A stretch of DNA of 64,000 bases from Dehalococcoidia bacterium (GCA_035512435.1 DATKDX010000028.1:13871-77870); one strand, 5' to 3'; counted from the stretch's first letter, positions 42,250 through 52,435 are shown. Notes: a model not told the origin generated them from the letters alone. Made by a program: numbers and translations.

Positions 42250-43374
42250 ATGCGCATCGTCGTCGCGCCGCAGGAGTACAAGGGCACGCTCACCGCCGAG
42301 GAGGCTGCGGTTGCCATTGCGACGGGGGCGCGGCGCGCGCTGCCTGACGCGGAAGTTGAGGCAATCGCCATGCCGGACGGCGGCCCGGGCACTGTGCAAG
42401 CGATCGCATCGACGACGGAGGCGGATCTGCAGCGGGAGCGCGTGACCGGCCCCCTGGGAGAGCCCGTCGACGCCATCTGGGCGTTGTTGCCCGGCAATGC
42501 CGCCATCATCGAGATGGCAGCGGCTGCGGGGCTGACGCTCGTGCGGGAAAACCATCGCGACCCACGGCTCACTACGACATTCGGCGTCGGCGAGCTGGTA
42601 GGTGCGGCGCTGGACGCCGGCTGCGAGCGGCTGATCATCGGCCTCGGGGGCAGCGCGACCAACGACGGGGGCGCAGGCATGGCGCAGGCGCTGGGCGCGA
42701 GACTGCTGGACGCAAACGGCGACGACCTGCCGCACGGCGGCGCGGCGCTGGCGCGGCTAGCCAGCATCGACATCAGTGCGCTGGACGCCCGAATCGCGGG
42801 AGCAGGGGTGACCGGCGCGACCGACGTCCACAATCCGCTTTGCGGGCCGGAGGGGGCTTCGTTCGTCTACGGGCCGCAAAAGGGGGCGACGGATGAGACA
42901 GCGGCAGAGCTCGACACTGCGCTCGGCAATTATGCGCGAGTCATCAAGCGTGATCTCGGCGTGGCGGTGGTCGACGTGCCGGGAGCCGGCGCCGCCGGTG
43001 GATTGGGCGCGGGGCTCATCGCCTTCCTGGGCGCGAGGCTGCGGCCCGGTTTCGACGTCGTCGCGGAGGTGGTCGAACTACGCGATCGTATGCGTGGGGC
43101 GGACCTTGTGATCACGGGCGAAGGGCGGCTAGATGGCCAGACGCGCTACGGCAAGACGGTGGCAGGCGTCATCAGCCTGGCGGCGGAGGCTGGCGCCGCC
43201 GTCATCGTGGTGCCGGGCTCGCTGGGCGAAGGCTGGGAATGGGCGCTGACGCAGGTAGCCGCCGTGGAACCGGTCAACGCCGCGCACGCGGCGCCGCTGA
43301 CGACCAGGACGGACGCAGCCGAGCGTCTGGCAGCGACGACGGAACGTGCGGTGCGGGCCTGGCGCCGCCGCTAG
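42250..43374 (+). CDS. glycerate kinase
   Basis: MRIVVAPQEYKGTLTA..., with a glycerate kinase family pattern (GLGGSATNDGGAGMAQALG; VITGEGRLDGQT). Confidence 0.8.
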   Translation: MRIVVAPQEYKGTLTAEEAAVAIATGARRALPDAEVEAIAMPDGGPGTVQAIASTTEADLQRERVTGPLGEPVDAIWALLPGNAAIIEMAAAAGLTLVRENHRDPRLTTTFGVGELVGAALDAGCERLIIGLGGSATNDGGAGMAQALGARLLDANGDDLPHGGAALARLASIDISALDARIAGAGVTGATDVHNPLCGPEGASFVYGPQKGATDETAAELDTALGNYARVIKRDLGVAVVDVPGAGAAGGLGAGLIAFLGARLRPGFDVVAEVVELRDRMRGADLVITGEGRLDGQTRYGKTVAGVISLAAEAGAAVIVVPGSLGEGWEWALTQVAAVEPVNAAHAAPLTTRTDAAERLAATTERAVRAWRRR

Positions 43375-43856
43375 CTCTCCGAGGTCTTGGGGGCCTCGCG
43401 CTCCTGGAACATGTGCAGGAAGCAGGCCGCCCCCAGCACAGCCGAGCCGATCATGGGCACCGCCACGCTCTCGAACGAAAAGTCGGACGTGCCGAGCCAG
43501 TGGTATAGCTGCGAGAAGAAGAGCGCGGCCATGTGTATCAGCGCGAGGACGAAGACGGCGTTGTAGCGGTCCGGGTTGCGGAAGCAGTAGATGTAGAGCG
43601 CCGCGAGCGGGATGCCCTCCCAGCCCAGCGCGAAGCCACCCAGCGCCCCATCCAGCTCAAGCTCGAGGTTCTCGCCGTCGATCTTGTGGTGGTTCTCGAG
43701 GAAGATGCCGCTGCTGGTAAACGTCTCGGCCAGCACGCCGAGGATCGACCACGCGGCCAGCAGCAACAGCAAGATGCGCGGAGTCTGCGATAGCGCCAGC
43801 AAGGCGTTCCGCCGCCCTTCCTCCGCTCGCGGTTCCGGGGCTGGCTGGTCAGACAT
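43371..43856 (-). CDS. hypothetical membrane protein
   Basis: 161 aa with 3-4 predicted TM segments and no recognisable motif. Confidence 0.4.
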   Translation of the reverse strand: MSDQPAPEPRAEEGRRNALLALSQTPRILLLLLAAWSILGVLAETFTSSGIFLENHHKIDGENLELELDGALGGFALGWEGIPLAALYIYCFRNPDRYNAVFVLALIHMAALFFSQLYHWLGTSDFSFESVAVPMIGSAVLGAACFLHMFQEREAPKTSES

Positions 43857-43865
43857 AGTTGCCTC

Positions 43866-44240
43866 CTATCCCATGCCTAGCTCGTGCAGGCGGTCTTCAT
43901 CGATGCCCATGTAATGGCCGATCTCGTGCAGCAGTGTCTTTCGAGCCTGTTTTACCATATCGTCCCACGACCCAGCGACGCGCTCATGGCTGCGCTGATA
44001 AATGACGATGATATCCGGTGGGACGAGCGAATAGCCGCCGCCGCGTTTGGTGAGGGGGACGCCGGTGTAGACGCCGAATAGGTCGTGGCCGGGTCGCAGC
44101 TTGTTCTGGCGTCGCTCGAACGGTGTCGGCGCCCAGCGCACCTGGATGTCGAGGTTGTGGAGCACCCGCTGGAACTCAGGTGGCAGCTCCTCCAGCGCCT
44201 CCTGGACGACCTGCTGGAACTCCCGGCGCGTCATTCGCAC
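43866..44240 (-). CDS. zincin-like metallopeptidase family protein (DUF1025/COG3824-like)
   Basis: HEIGHYMG (HExxH) near the C-terminus; 124 aa. Confidence 0.6.
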   Translation of the reverse strand: MRMTRREFQQVVQEALEELPPEFQRVLHNLDIQVRWAPTPFERRQNKLRPGHDLFGVYTGVPLTKRGGGYSLVPPDIIVIYQRSHERVAGSWDDMVKQARKTLLHEIGHYMGIDEDRLHELGMG

Positions 44241-44281
44241 GCGTTTATTCTAGCTAATGCGCGCCTACCGTCGATTCTGCG

Positions 44282-46504
44282 CTACTCGACAACGCCGCTG
44301 AGCGGCGGCAGACCCACGTGCGTCTCCAGGATGTTGCGCAGCATCGGGGCCACCTGCGAGGAGCCCGATTCACCCTCTTCCAGCACGCCCAGCGCCACCA
44401 GGCTCGGCGCGCTGCGGTTGGCGTAGGCCGCGAAGAACACGTGGTCGGAGCCTTCGGCCAGGTCTTCGGCCGTGCCCGACTTGCCGGCGACATCGAGGGG
44501 TGTGCCCACCCACGCCTGGTACGACGTGCCACCTGTGCTCTGCGTCACCAGGTAGAGGCCGTGGCGGATCGAGTCCAGCGTCTCCTGCGAGACGGGCAGC
44601 GGGCGGATCTCCTCCGCCTGGTACTCCTGCACGGCGACGCCACCGCCCGCCGAAGGCTCGCCGACGCGCCAGATGAGCAATGGCTTCTTGAGCACCCCAC
44701 TGCTCGCGATCGCCGAGTAAGCGTTGGTGATCTGGATGGGCGTGGCCAGCACATATCCCTGGCCGATGCCCATGTTGACCGCGTCGCCGCGGAACCACGC
44801 CTCGCCGACGTTCTCTTCCTTCCACGCCGGATCTGGCACCACGCCCGCCGCCTCTTCCATCCCGATGCCGGTGGGTTCCCCGTAGCCGAACTGGCGGATG
44901 AAGTCGGGGAATATCTGCTCGTCGATCTCGTCCATGCGCTTGGCCAGGTCGAAGAAGACCGGGTTGCAGGAGGCCATGAGCCCCTCGGCCGGCGTCAGGA
45001 AGCCGCGGTCGACCGTCTGCCAGTTCTTCTGCGGGAAGTCTTCGCCCAGGCCCGTCCAGACAGGCACGCAGTGGAAGGTGGAGCCTGTCGTGTAGTCCGT
45101 GGTCTCGACGCCGCCCGCCATCGTAACGACCTTGAACGTCGAGCCCGGCGGGTACTCTGCCAGCAGGGCGCGGTTGAGGAACGGCAAGTTCGGGTTGTTG
45201 AAGAGGTTCGTCGCCTCCTCGTCCGTCAGGCCGCGGATGAAGGAGTTCGGGTTGAAGCGGGGGTACGACGCCATGGCCACGACGGAGTTGTCCCGCGGGT
45301 CCATGACGACGACGGCGCCAACCTTGTCGCCAAGCTGTGCTTCCGCCTGCTTTTGCACGTTGAGGTCGATCGTCAGCCAGACGTCCTTGCCGGGCGTGGA
45401 CGGCGCCTCGGCGATGGTGGCGGTGATAACACCCTCGGGGCTGACGGCGGCGAGGAGGCCGCCGCGCGTGCCCGCCAGGGTGTCCTGGTACTGGCTCTCC
45501 AGGCCGGCCGAGCCGATAAGGTCGCCCGGCTGGTAACCCTCGTACGTCGGGTCCTGCAAGTCATCCTCGGTGACCTCCGACATGTAGCCGATAACGTGCG
45601 CCGCCGAGTCCTCGTGCGGGTAGAAACGCTGCGTGTCCTCCCGCACGATGATGCCGAGGTCCACCATGTCGCGGAACTTCTGAACGTCTTCGTCGGTCGT
45701 AGTGTAGGGCAGTGCGCGCACCGGCGTGAAGTAGTAGGACGGCTGGGTGTCGGCCAGGTCGAAGATCGGCCGGATCTCGCCGTCCGACGCGCCCAAGCCC
45801 GCGGCCAGCGCGGCGATGGCCGCTTCGCGGTCCGTCAGGTAGTCGACGACGAAGCCGATGACAGGCAGGTCGGCGTCCAGCGCCAGCGGCTCGCCGTTGC
45901 GATCGTAAATGGTGCCGCGGCGGGGCGAGCGCGGGAAGAAGTTGACGAGCGACTCATCGTCCAGCTGGCTGAAGTACAGCGATGGCGTCCAGACCACCCG
46001 CCACTCATCGCGCTGGACGGGCTCGCCGCCTTCCTCCGTCGCGGGCAACGTGACGGTCTCGCGGACCAGCGGTAACGCGTTCTCTTCCGGGACGTCACCA
46101 AAGAACTCGGTCTTGAAAGTGACCTTAAAGGGCACCTCGATGACGCCCTCCGGCAAGTCCTCGCCGCCCAGGATCTCCGTCTCGGCGGGAGAGCCGGTGC
46201 CGGTAAGCAGGAAGTCGAACCCGGTGATCGTCGCCGTCTCCTTGATCGCCTCGTAGCGGCTGACGAACGTCTCTTCGTCAACCGCCGCGCGCGATTCGGT
46301 GGCGACCAGTTCATACATCGCCTCGAACTGGTCCTGGCCCCAAAGCTCCAGCCAGCGGGTCGCGGCGTCGTCGGGCGTGCGGGGGCGCTCGGTCGGGCCG
46401 TTGTCGCCGTTATCACTGCCATCACACGCCGCCGCGAGGACGGCGAGCGCCAGGAGCAGCGGTACTAACAGGGTGCGTTGTGGTATCACGTTCCTGAAGA
46501 CCAT
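44282..46504 (-). CDS. class B penicillin-binding protein (transpeptidase) with lipoprotein signal and N-terminal NTF2-like domain
   Basis: AACDG lipobox. STFK active-site serine motif (GSTFKVVT), SxN, and KSGTA (KTG) motifs. Confidence 0.85.
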   Translation of the reverse strand: MVFRNVIPQRTLLVPLLLALAVLAAACDGSDNGDNGPTERPRTPDDAATRWLELWGQDQFEAMYELVATESRAAVDEETFVSRYEAIKETATITGFDFLLTGTGSPAETEILGGEDLPEGVIEVPFKVTFKTEFFGDVPEENALPLVRETVTLPATEEGGEPVQRDEWRVVWTPSLYFSQLDDESLVNFFPRSPRRGTIYDRNGEPLALDADLPVIGFVVDYLTDREAAIAALAAGLGASDGEIRPIFDLADTQPSYYFTPVRALPYTTTDEDVQKFRDMVDLGIIVREDTQRFYPHEDSAAHVIGYMSEVTEDDLQDPTYEGYQPGDLIGSAGLESQYQDTLAGTRGGLLAAVSPEGVITATIAEAPSTPGKDVWLTIDLNVQKQAEAQLGDKVGAVVVMDPRDNSVVAMASYPRFNPNSFIRGLTDEEATNLFNNPNLPFLNRALLAEYPPGSTFKVVTMAGGVETTDYTTGSTFHCVPVWTGLGEDFPQKNWQTVDRGFLTPAEGLMASCNPVFFDLAKRMDEIDEQIFPDFIRQFGYGEPTGIGMEEAAGVVPDPAWKEENVGEAWFRGDAVNMGIGQGYVLATPIQITNAYSAIASSGVLKKPLLIWRVGEPSAGGGVAVQEYQAEEIRPLPVSQETLDSIRHGLYLVTQSTGGTSYQAWVGTPLDVAGKSGTAEDLAEGSDHVFFAAYANRSAPSLVALGVLEEGESGSSQVAPMLRNILETHVGLPPLSGVVE

Positions 46505-46615
46505 TCTATGGGGGCCGTCTACACCTTCTTCACCAGATAAACGGTTGCAGTGCTCTATCGGTTCGCCCCGGCGCGCGTTTTAATTGGTAAGGCCGTTGTA
46601 CCATTCGATCAGGCG

Positions 46616-47968
46616 ATGACCACTTACGATTACGATATCCGTGACGACGTCGCTCTGCTGAAGAACGACAAGTTCCGCCGCCTCCTGCAGTCACGCCTCG
46701 CGGGTCAGACCGCCCAGAACGCGATGATCTACGCGCTCCTCATCCTTCTCGTGGAGCAGAGCGGCTCGTCGGTGCACAGCACGCTGCTCATCGTAGCCCT
46801 GACCATCCCCTCGATTTTGCTGGGCATCCCTGGCGGCGCGGTCGCCGACCTCTTGCCTCGCCGCTTCACGCTGACGCTTGGCTACCTGGGGCGCGCGGGC
46901 GTGGCGGCGGCACTCTTCTACTACAGCGGCGACCTGGTCTACCTCTATCTTGTCGTCCTCGCGCATTCCGCGATTGGCCAGTTCTTCGGGCCGGCGGAAT
47001 CGGCCACGGTGCCGGCCATCGTGCGCAAGGACCAGCTTTCGACGGCGAACTCCCTAATGATGCTGTCGCTGATGTTCGCACAGATCGCCGGCCTCGTTGT
47101 GTTAGCGCCGATCCTGATCAAGCTCATTAGCCCGGAGTCCGTGTTCATCGTCGCCGCCTGCCTGTACCTCGTGGCGACCTACATTGTCGGCTGGCTGGCG
47201 AGCGACTTCACCCGCTCCCAGGATGAGAAGCCACCTAGCATCGGCTTCGTCGACGCGATGACGCAGGGTTTCCGTATCCTGCGCACGAACCGGCACGCTT
47301 ACCTCGCGATTGTCTACCTGACGACGGGGCTCGCGCTTTCCAAGGTGTTGATCATCCTGATGCCGAAGTACACGAGGGACGTGCTGGACATCGCACCGGA
47401 GGACACGGTGTTCGTGGCGGCGCCGGCGGCGATCGGGGCTGGGGTGGGCCTGCTGATCGTCCCGCTGGCAATCAAGCTGTTCGGCGCCTGGCGGGTGGCG
47501 GCGGGGGCGTTCTTCATCTTCGTGCTGGGCCTGGTAGGGCTCGGCCTCGTCGTCTACGTACGAACGTTCATCACCAACAACTTCGACATCGGATTCTCGT
47601 TCGTGGAGGACAACTTTAGCCTCGCCACCGTCGTCACGGTGACGATGTTGCTGGCAATCCCGCTGGGCCTCTCGTTCACGGTCCTGAACGTGGCCACCCG
47701 CGTGGTGATGAACGAGCAGGCGCCGCAGGAGGCGCAGGGGCGCATCTTCGCCATGCAGATGGCGCTGGGCGACACGCTCTCGCTCTTGCCGCTGCTGCTG
47801 GTCGGCATCGTCGCGGACGTGGTCGGGGTACGGGCGACGTTGTTGGCGTCGGCGATCGCCGCGTTAGCAGCTGCCGGCTACCTCACGTTCTCCAAACGCT
47901 TCGGACCGATCGAAGAAGAGGAGGCGCCGTCACAACCGGCGGCGCCGGTGACAGAACCCGGTCTTTAG
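46616..47968 (+). CDS. MFS transporter
   Basis: 450 aa from ATG 46616, with about 12 TM segments and MFS motif A-like loops. Confidence 0.75.
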   Translation: MTTYDYDIRDDVALLKNDKFRRLLQSRLAGQTAQNAMIYALLILLVEQSGSSVHSTLLIVALTIPSILLGIPGGAVADLLPRRFTLTLGYLGRAGVAAALFYYSGDLVYLYLVVLAHSAIGQFFGPAESATVPAIVRKDQLSTANSLMMLSLMFAQIAGLVVLAPILIKLISPESVFIVAACLYLVATYIVGWLASDFTRSQDEKPPSIGFVDAMTQGFRILRTNRHAYLAIVYLTTGLALSKVLIILMPKYTRDVLDIAPEDTVFVAAPAAIGAGVGLLIVPLAIKLFGAWRVAAGAFFIFVLGLVGLGLVVYVRTFITNNFDIGFSFVEDNFSLATVVTVTMLLAIPLGLSFTVLNVATRVVMNEQAPQEAQGRIFAMQMALGDTLSLLPLLLVGIVADVVGVRATLLASAIAALAAAGYLTFSKRFGPIEEEEAPSQPAAPVTEPGL

Positions 47969-48123
47969 GCAGCCAGGCGCGTGGGCACGCGCTCCTGATC
48001 GCCGGAGTTGTCGCCGTCAGCGGCGAAGCGGGGCATGAAGCTGATAGGCAGGGGGTTCACCTTCAGCAGCAGATATGTGTTAAGTGCTGCGTATCCAAGC
48101 AGCAACGCACCAACAATTCTCAC
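47965..48123 (-). CDS. small membrane protein candidate (52 aa), below track cutoff
   Basis: GTG start preceded by a GGAGG RBS (MRIVGALLLGYAALNTYLLLKVNPLPISF...). Its stop overlaps the MFS stop. Confidence 0.3.
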   Translation of the reverse strand: MRIVGALLLGYAALNTYLLLKVNPLPISFMPRFAADGDNSGDQERVPTRLAA

Positions 48124-48538
48124 GTTAGACCTCCGTTGCTCTCACCCGTATCCACATCCCGTCGGGGCGATTGCGCCTTATTTCACAACTAGAGTACATA
48201 CCCGACCTTAAGTGCAATCGCGATCGCCGTCAAGTGTTCGCGGTGCTCTTCCGGGCGAATTGCTTTCGGTGTGCCCAGGCGCACGGTCGGCAATCTGTAC
48301 ATCTCGTAAAGAGACGTGCTACCTGACGCTTTGTTACATAGGGCCCTCGAGGGAGAGGGGTACCCCCTCTCCCCGCGAGCCCAAAGGGAGGTGTGCTTGG
48401 AGAACGGAGGCCGGCCCAGCGACGCCCAGACTTTATCGACCTGGCCGGCTCACCATTCATCCAGGCTTCAGTGTGCCAGCGTGTCTTTACGCCGGTGCTA
48501 TCGGCGGGTCACGCGCGCGTTAACACGACGTTTCGCGC

Positions 48539-48946
48539 TCACAGCAGAGATTCCGTGCGGAGCGTCGAGTAGCTCGCTATCAACTCGAAGTCGGAGTCTC
48601 GGTGAACAAGGGTAGCATCGTGACTCATAGCATTCGCCGCGATGACGAGGTCAGGTATTGAAGCGACGATGCCGGCAGCGCGGAGCCTGGACCCGAGGTC
48701 GGCAGCAATCGACCACGTTGCATCGTCGAGGGGGAGGGGCTCGAGCCCTGAGAGCGCTTGTTCCGTAGTCACGCGTTCATCATCTCGACGCACGCCCAAC
48801 AGAACCTCGAGTTTGATAATGTCGTTCATGCTGGAGACGCCGGAAGCGATCAACACGGCAAATCGCGCCGTGAACGACTCTGGCGGATTGCGGCGGAACG
48901 CGACGATCCAGACCGACGTGTCGAGAAGATAGGCGTGCGAAGCCAT
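48539..48946 (-). CDS. vapC: type II toxin VapC (PIN domain)
   Basis: LLDTSVWI N-terminal Asp and C-terminal PIN acidic residues. It overlaps the antitoxin by 1 nt. Confidence 0.75.
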   Translation of the reverse strand: MASHAYLLDTSVWIVAFRRNPPESFTARFAVLIASGVSSMNDIIKLEVLLGVRRDDERVTTEQALSGLEPLPLDDATWSIAADLGSRLRAAGIVASIPDLVIAANAMSHDATLVHRDSDFELIASYSTLRTESLL

Positions 48947-49158
48947 CAGGTGCGCGGCTTACCGCGCATCTCTTCCAGTTCTACCTGCGTCATATCCATA
49001 ATCCCGCTGCCGATCAGTGACAAAATCTTCTGTCGGCGTCGGATATTGATGTACTCCTTTAGAGCCTCCTCAATCACGGCTTTTTTCGTATGGACCTCCG
49101 CCAAATCGAGGGCGGACTCGATCAGCTTCTCGTCCAGATCCAGTGTTGTGCGTGCCAT
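48946..49158 (-). CDS. vapB: type II antitoxin VapB family
   Basis: 70 aa (MARTTLDLDEKLIESALDL...KKAVIEEALKEYI), the typical VapB (DUF2191-like) pattern. Confidence 0.65.
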   Translation of the reverse strand: MARTTLDLDEKLIESALDLAEVHTKKAVIEEALKEYINIRRRQKILSLIGSGIMDMTQVELEEMRGKPRT

Positions 49159-49208
49159 ATATGCCTCCGTTCTATGTATTCAGAGTATGCATTGATACGC
49201 CATAGCCG

Positions 49209-49475
49209 TCAAGACCGCAGCGAATGCGGCACCCCGTGCGCAGCCAGCCGACGCCCCCACGACGCCGCGGTGTCCTCCGCGAACATCTCGGCGATCACCG
49301 CCGCCAGCGGCCCGTCGGCCGGGGCGTCCTTCGCCGCCGTCCACGCGCCTTCGTAGGCCACTTCCGGCCGCCCGAGGCAAACGGCCAGCGCGTGCCAGTG
49401 CTCAGCGTTCTCGATCACGATCGTGATCTCGCCTTCAGCACAGGCGTAGGTGCGCCTGGCCGCCGACTCCGCCAT
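49209..49475 (-). pseudogene. internal fragment of a family III (CaiB/BaiF) CoA-transferase
   Basis: 88 aa (TIVIENAEHWHALAVCLGRPE...TAASWGRRLAAHGVP) matches only the middle of an ~400-aa CoA-transferase. No flanking N- or C-terminal parts are present. Confidence 0.35.
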
Positions 49476-49494
49476 GCCTCTTGTCTCGTACCAC

Positions 49495-50307
49495 TTACGA
49501 CATCACCCGCCCGCCATCGATGTTGATGGCCTGGCCGGTGATATAGGCGCCGCCGGGACCCGCAAGGAAGGCGCAAAGCTCACCGACCTCCTCCGGATAG
49601 CCTTCGCGCTTGAGAGGCGTTGTCGACATCACCATGTCGCGGATGGGGCCGGGCGCCGTCACGTCGTCCATGCGCGATGTGCCGATGAGTCCCGGGCAGA
49701 CCGTGTTGACGTTGATGTTGTGCGGCGCCATCTCCAGCGCCAGCACCTGCGTAAGCAGCATGACGCCCGCCTTGCTCGCGCTGTACGCAGAAGACGTCGG
49801 CATCCCCTGCCGGCCGAGGATCGAGCTGATGTTGATTATCCTCCCGCCCTCGCCATGGGCGACCATGCGGGCCCCGATCCCCTTCGTCACGAGGAACGTG
49901 CCCGTCAGGTTAAGCTCGATGACGCGGCGCCACTCATCCTCCGCGAGGTTGATGACAGGGACGCGGTCGTTGCCACGCCCGGACGCCGCGTTGTTGACCA
50001 GGATGTCGACGCGGCCGAACTCACGCATCGTCTCCTCGGCCAGGCGCTGGCAGTCCTCGCCCTTCGTCATGTCGGTTACCAGCGGCAGCGCGCGGCGGCC
50101 CATCTCCCGGATCTCATCAGCGACGGAATCGATGTCGCGCCAGCCTATCTCTTTCTCGGCGTCGGGGAAAGTGAACGGATCCCGACCGGAGCCGGTGATG
50201 ACGACGTCCGCGCCCGCCTTCGCCAGCGCCAGCGCGATATACCGCCCGATCCCCTTATGGCGCCCCGCGCCGGTCACGACTGCTACTTTGCCGTTAAGTT
50301 CGCTCAC
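49495..50307 (-). CDS. SDR family oxidoreductase
   Basis: TGAGRHKGIGRYIA cofactor-binding motif, NNAA, and YSASK catalytic motif. Confidence 0.85.
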   Translation of the reverse strand: MSELNGKVAVVTGAGRHKGIGRYIALALAKAGADVVITGSGRDPFTFPDAEKEIGWRDIDSVADEIREMGRRALPLVTDMTKGEDCQRLAEETMREFGRVDILVNNAASGRGNDRVPVINLAEDEWRRVIELNLTGTFLVTKGIGARMVAHGEGGRIINISSILGRQGMPTSSAYSASKAGVMLLTQVLALEMAPHNINVNTVCPGLIGTSRMDDVTAPGPIRDMVMSTTPLKREGYPEEVGELCAFLAGPGGAYITGQAINIDGGRVMS

Positions 50308-50407
50308 GTCGAAGTCCTCCCTCTAGTGCGCCGCAGTATACGAAACACCCCTCGCCTTTGCTATGATTGCGCGCGCAACCAACCGAATCGCCAGCAAGGG
50401 ACGCCCC

Positions 50408-50767
50408 ATGTCCGTGCAGAAGACCGTCGAAGACTACATCGCCGCCTGGAACGAAGAGGACGAGGCGAAGCGTGCCGATCTCATCGCCGGCTGCTGGGCA
50501 GAGTCCGGCACCTACACCGACCCCATGGCCGACGTTGCCGGCCGCGACGGGCTATCGCAGCTGATCGCCGGTTTCCACCAGCAGATGCCTGGCGCCCGCA
50601 TCAAAGTAACGACCGGCATCGACCAGCACCACGACCAGATCCGCTTCGGATGGGCGCTGCAAGGCGGTCAGGCGATCGAGGGCATCGACGTCGGCAGGCT
50701 CGATGGTGGCGGTAAGCTGCTCAGCATCGTCGGCTTCTGGGGCGCCAATCCGCCCGCCGCTTCGTGA
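50408..50767 (+). CDS. NTF2-like (SnoaL-like) family protein
   Basis: 119 aa from ATG 50408 (MSVQKTVEDYIAAWNEEDEAKRADLIAGCWAE...). Confidence 0.55.
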   Translation: MSVQKTVEDYIAAWNEEDEAKRADLIAGCWAESGTYTDPMADVAGRDGLSQLIAGFHQQMPGARIKVTTGIDQHHDQIRFGWALQGGQAIEGIDVGRLDGGGKLLSIVGFWGANPPAAS

Positions 50768-50840
50768 TCGGTCATCATCCTGAGGAATCGAAGGACGTAT
50801 CAGCCGCCAGCGGAAGCTGAGGAATCGAAGCTGTAGCGCT

Positions 50841-51221
50841 ATGCCGGCAGACCCACCTTGCACGTTCTGCGACTTCTCGACCGGCGCGTCGCCTGTGCCC
50901 AAAGCCTACGAAGACGACCTCGTCTTCGCGGTCGACATTCCGGAAGGGCATCCGGTCAACCGCGGCCCCGTGCACTTCATGGTCATCCCTCACCGCCACA
51001 TCCCCAACGCGCTGGGCCTGACGCCCGACGACGGCGAACTGGCGGCGCGTCTCTTCACCGTCGCGGCGGACCTGGCCCGTCAGAAAGGCGTCGCCGAGTC
51101 AGGCTTCCGCCTCCTGACCAATACCGGGCCTGACGCCAACCAGAACGTCATGCACTTCCATCTGCACTGCATCGGCGGCCGCTACCTAGGCTCAGAAGCA
51201 GCGTATCAGAGCGAGCCCTAG
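50841..51221 (+). CDS. HIT family protein
   Basis: CTFC zinc motif plus histidine triad HFHLHCIGG. Confidence 0.8.
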   Translation: MPADPPCTFCDFSTGASPVPKAYEDDLVFAVDIPEGHPVNRGPVHFMVIPHRHIPNALGLTPDDGELAARLFTVAADLARQKGVAESGFRLLTNTGPDANQNVMHFHLHCIGGRYLGSEAAYQSEP

Positions 51222-52435
51222 CCCCGCCGAGCCGCGCGCCCCGGCAGCGTCGGCGACGCCTCAACCGGCGTCAACGAGATCAGCGCATCGTCTTCGGCCG
51301 CCGGCTCCGCGCCTAGAGCGGCGAGGTCGATAGTCTCGCCGTAGCGCTCTTCGATGACCTTTGCACCTTCCTGCAGCAACGCTGTCATGAACTGGTCCTC
51401 GGAGACCGTGCGCACCACCTCGCCCTTGCGGAAGATGGCGCCGCGTCCTTTGCCGGCAGCCAGGCCGATATCGGCGTCGCGGGATTCGCCCGGGCCGTTG
51501 ACCACACAGCCCATCACCGCCACTGTGATCGGCTTGCCGATCGTCTTGAACGTCTCTTCCACCTTGTTGGCCAGCGGGATGAGGTCCACCTCGATGCGGC
51601 CGCAAGTCGGGCAGGCGACGATCGTTGGCCCGCGAAAGCGGATGTTCAGCGACTTCAGGATGTCCCAGCAGACGGGCAGCTCCTCGGCCGGGTCAGCCGC
51701 AAGCGAAACGCGGATCGTGTCGCCGATGCCTTCCGACAGCAGGATGCCGATGCCAATGGCGGAGCGCACGGTGCCAGCGCCCGGCGTGCCTGCCTCCGTC
51801 ACACCGAGGTGCAGCGGGTAGGGCACGCGCGTCGCCATCTCGCGATAAGCGGCCAACATCGTCGGCACGTCGAACGCCTTGAGCGAGATCTTGATGTCCT
51901 CAAAGCCCATGTCTTCCAGCACGCCGATCTCCCAGAGCCCGGCGTCCACCATGCGACGCTCCTTGCTGGGCGGGAGTTCGCCGTCCTTGAGCGCCGGGAT
52001 CGGCGGTAGCGAACCCTCGTTCACGCCGATGCGGATCGAGATGCCGCGCGCCTTGGCGGCCGTCACCACTTCGCGCACCTTACCTTCGTCACGGATGTTG
52101 CCCGGGTTCAGGCGCAGGCCGTGGATACCGCCCGCGATGGCGGCAAGCGCCAGGCGGTGGTCGTAGTGGATGTCTGCGATCAGCGGAACCGGCGTGGCCT
52201 TCACGATGTCCGGCACCGCTTCCGCTGCCCGCTTGTCTGGTACCGCAATGCGTACGATTTCGGCGCCGTCGTCTGCCAGTCTCGCAATCTGCTCGATCGT
52301 AGCCTTCGCGTCCGCCGTGTCCGTATTCGTCATCGTCTGCACGACAACAGGCGCGTCGCCGCCGACCTGCACGTCGCCGACGTGCACGGGGCGCGAAACG
52401 CGGCGCGGGCTCAGGGGTTTCGGTTCATCCGTCAC
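51218..52435 (-). CDS. ispG: 4-hydroxy-3-methylbut-2-en-1-yl diphosphate synthase (flavodoxin)
   Basis: GcpE pattern (VQVGGDAPVVVQTMTNTDT) and C-terminal Cys cluster (CPTCGR...GCVVNGPGE). Confidence 0.9.
   Translation of the reverse strand: MTDEPKPLSPRRVSRPVHVGDVQVGGDAPVVVQTMTNTDTADAKATIEQIARLADDGAEIVRIAVPDKRAAEAVPDIVKATPVPLIADIHYDHRLALAAIAGGIHGLRLNPGNIRDEGKVREVVTAAKARGISIRIGVNEGSLPPIPALKDGELPPSKERRMVDAGLWEIGVLEDMGFEDIKISLKAFDVPTMLAAYREMATRVPYPLHLGVTEAGTPGAGTVRSAIGIGILLSEGIGDTIRVSLAADPAEELPVCWDILKSLNIRFRGPTIVACPTCGRIEVDLIPLANKVEETFKTIGKPITVAVMGCVVNGPGESRDADIGLAAGKGRGAIFRKGEVVRTVSEDQFMTALLQEGAKVIEERYGETIDLAALGAEPAAEDDALISLTPVEASPTLPGRAARRG

Noticed and set aside
41160-42833. 557-aa ORF as a single protein
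   Set aside because: Only the last 326 aa match an aldo/keto reductase. The upstream 230 aa are Ala/Ser/Pro-rich and overlap the divergent glycerate kinase leader.
48351-48374. GGGAGAGGGG/CCCCTCTCCC hairpin as an intrinsic terminator
   Set aside because: Perfect stem, but there is no U-rich tract on either strand. It is kept only as an unexplained structure.
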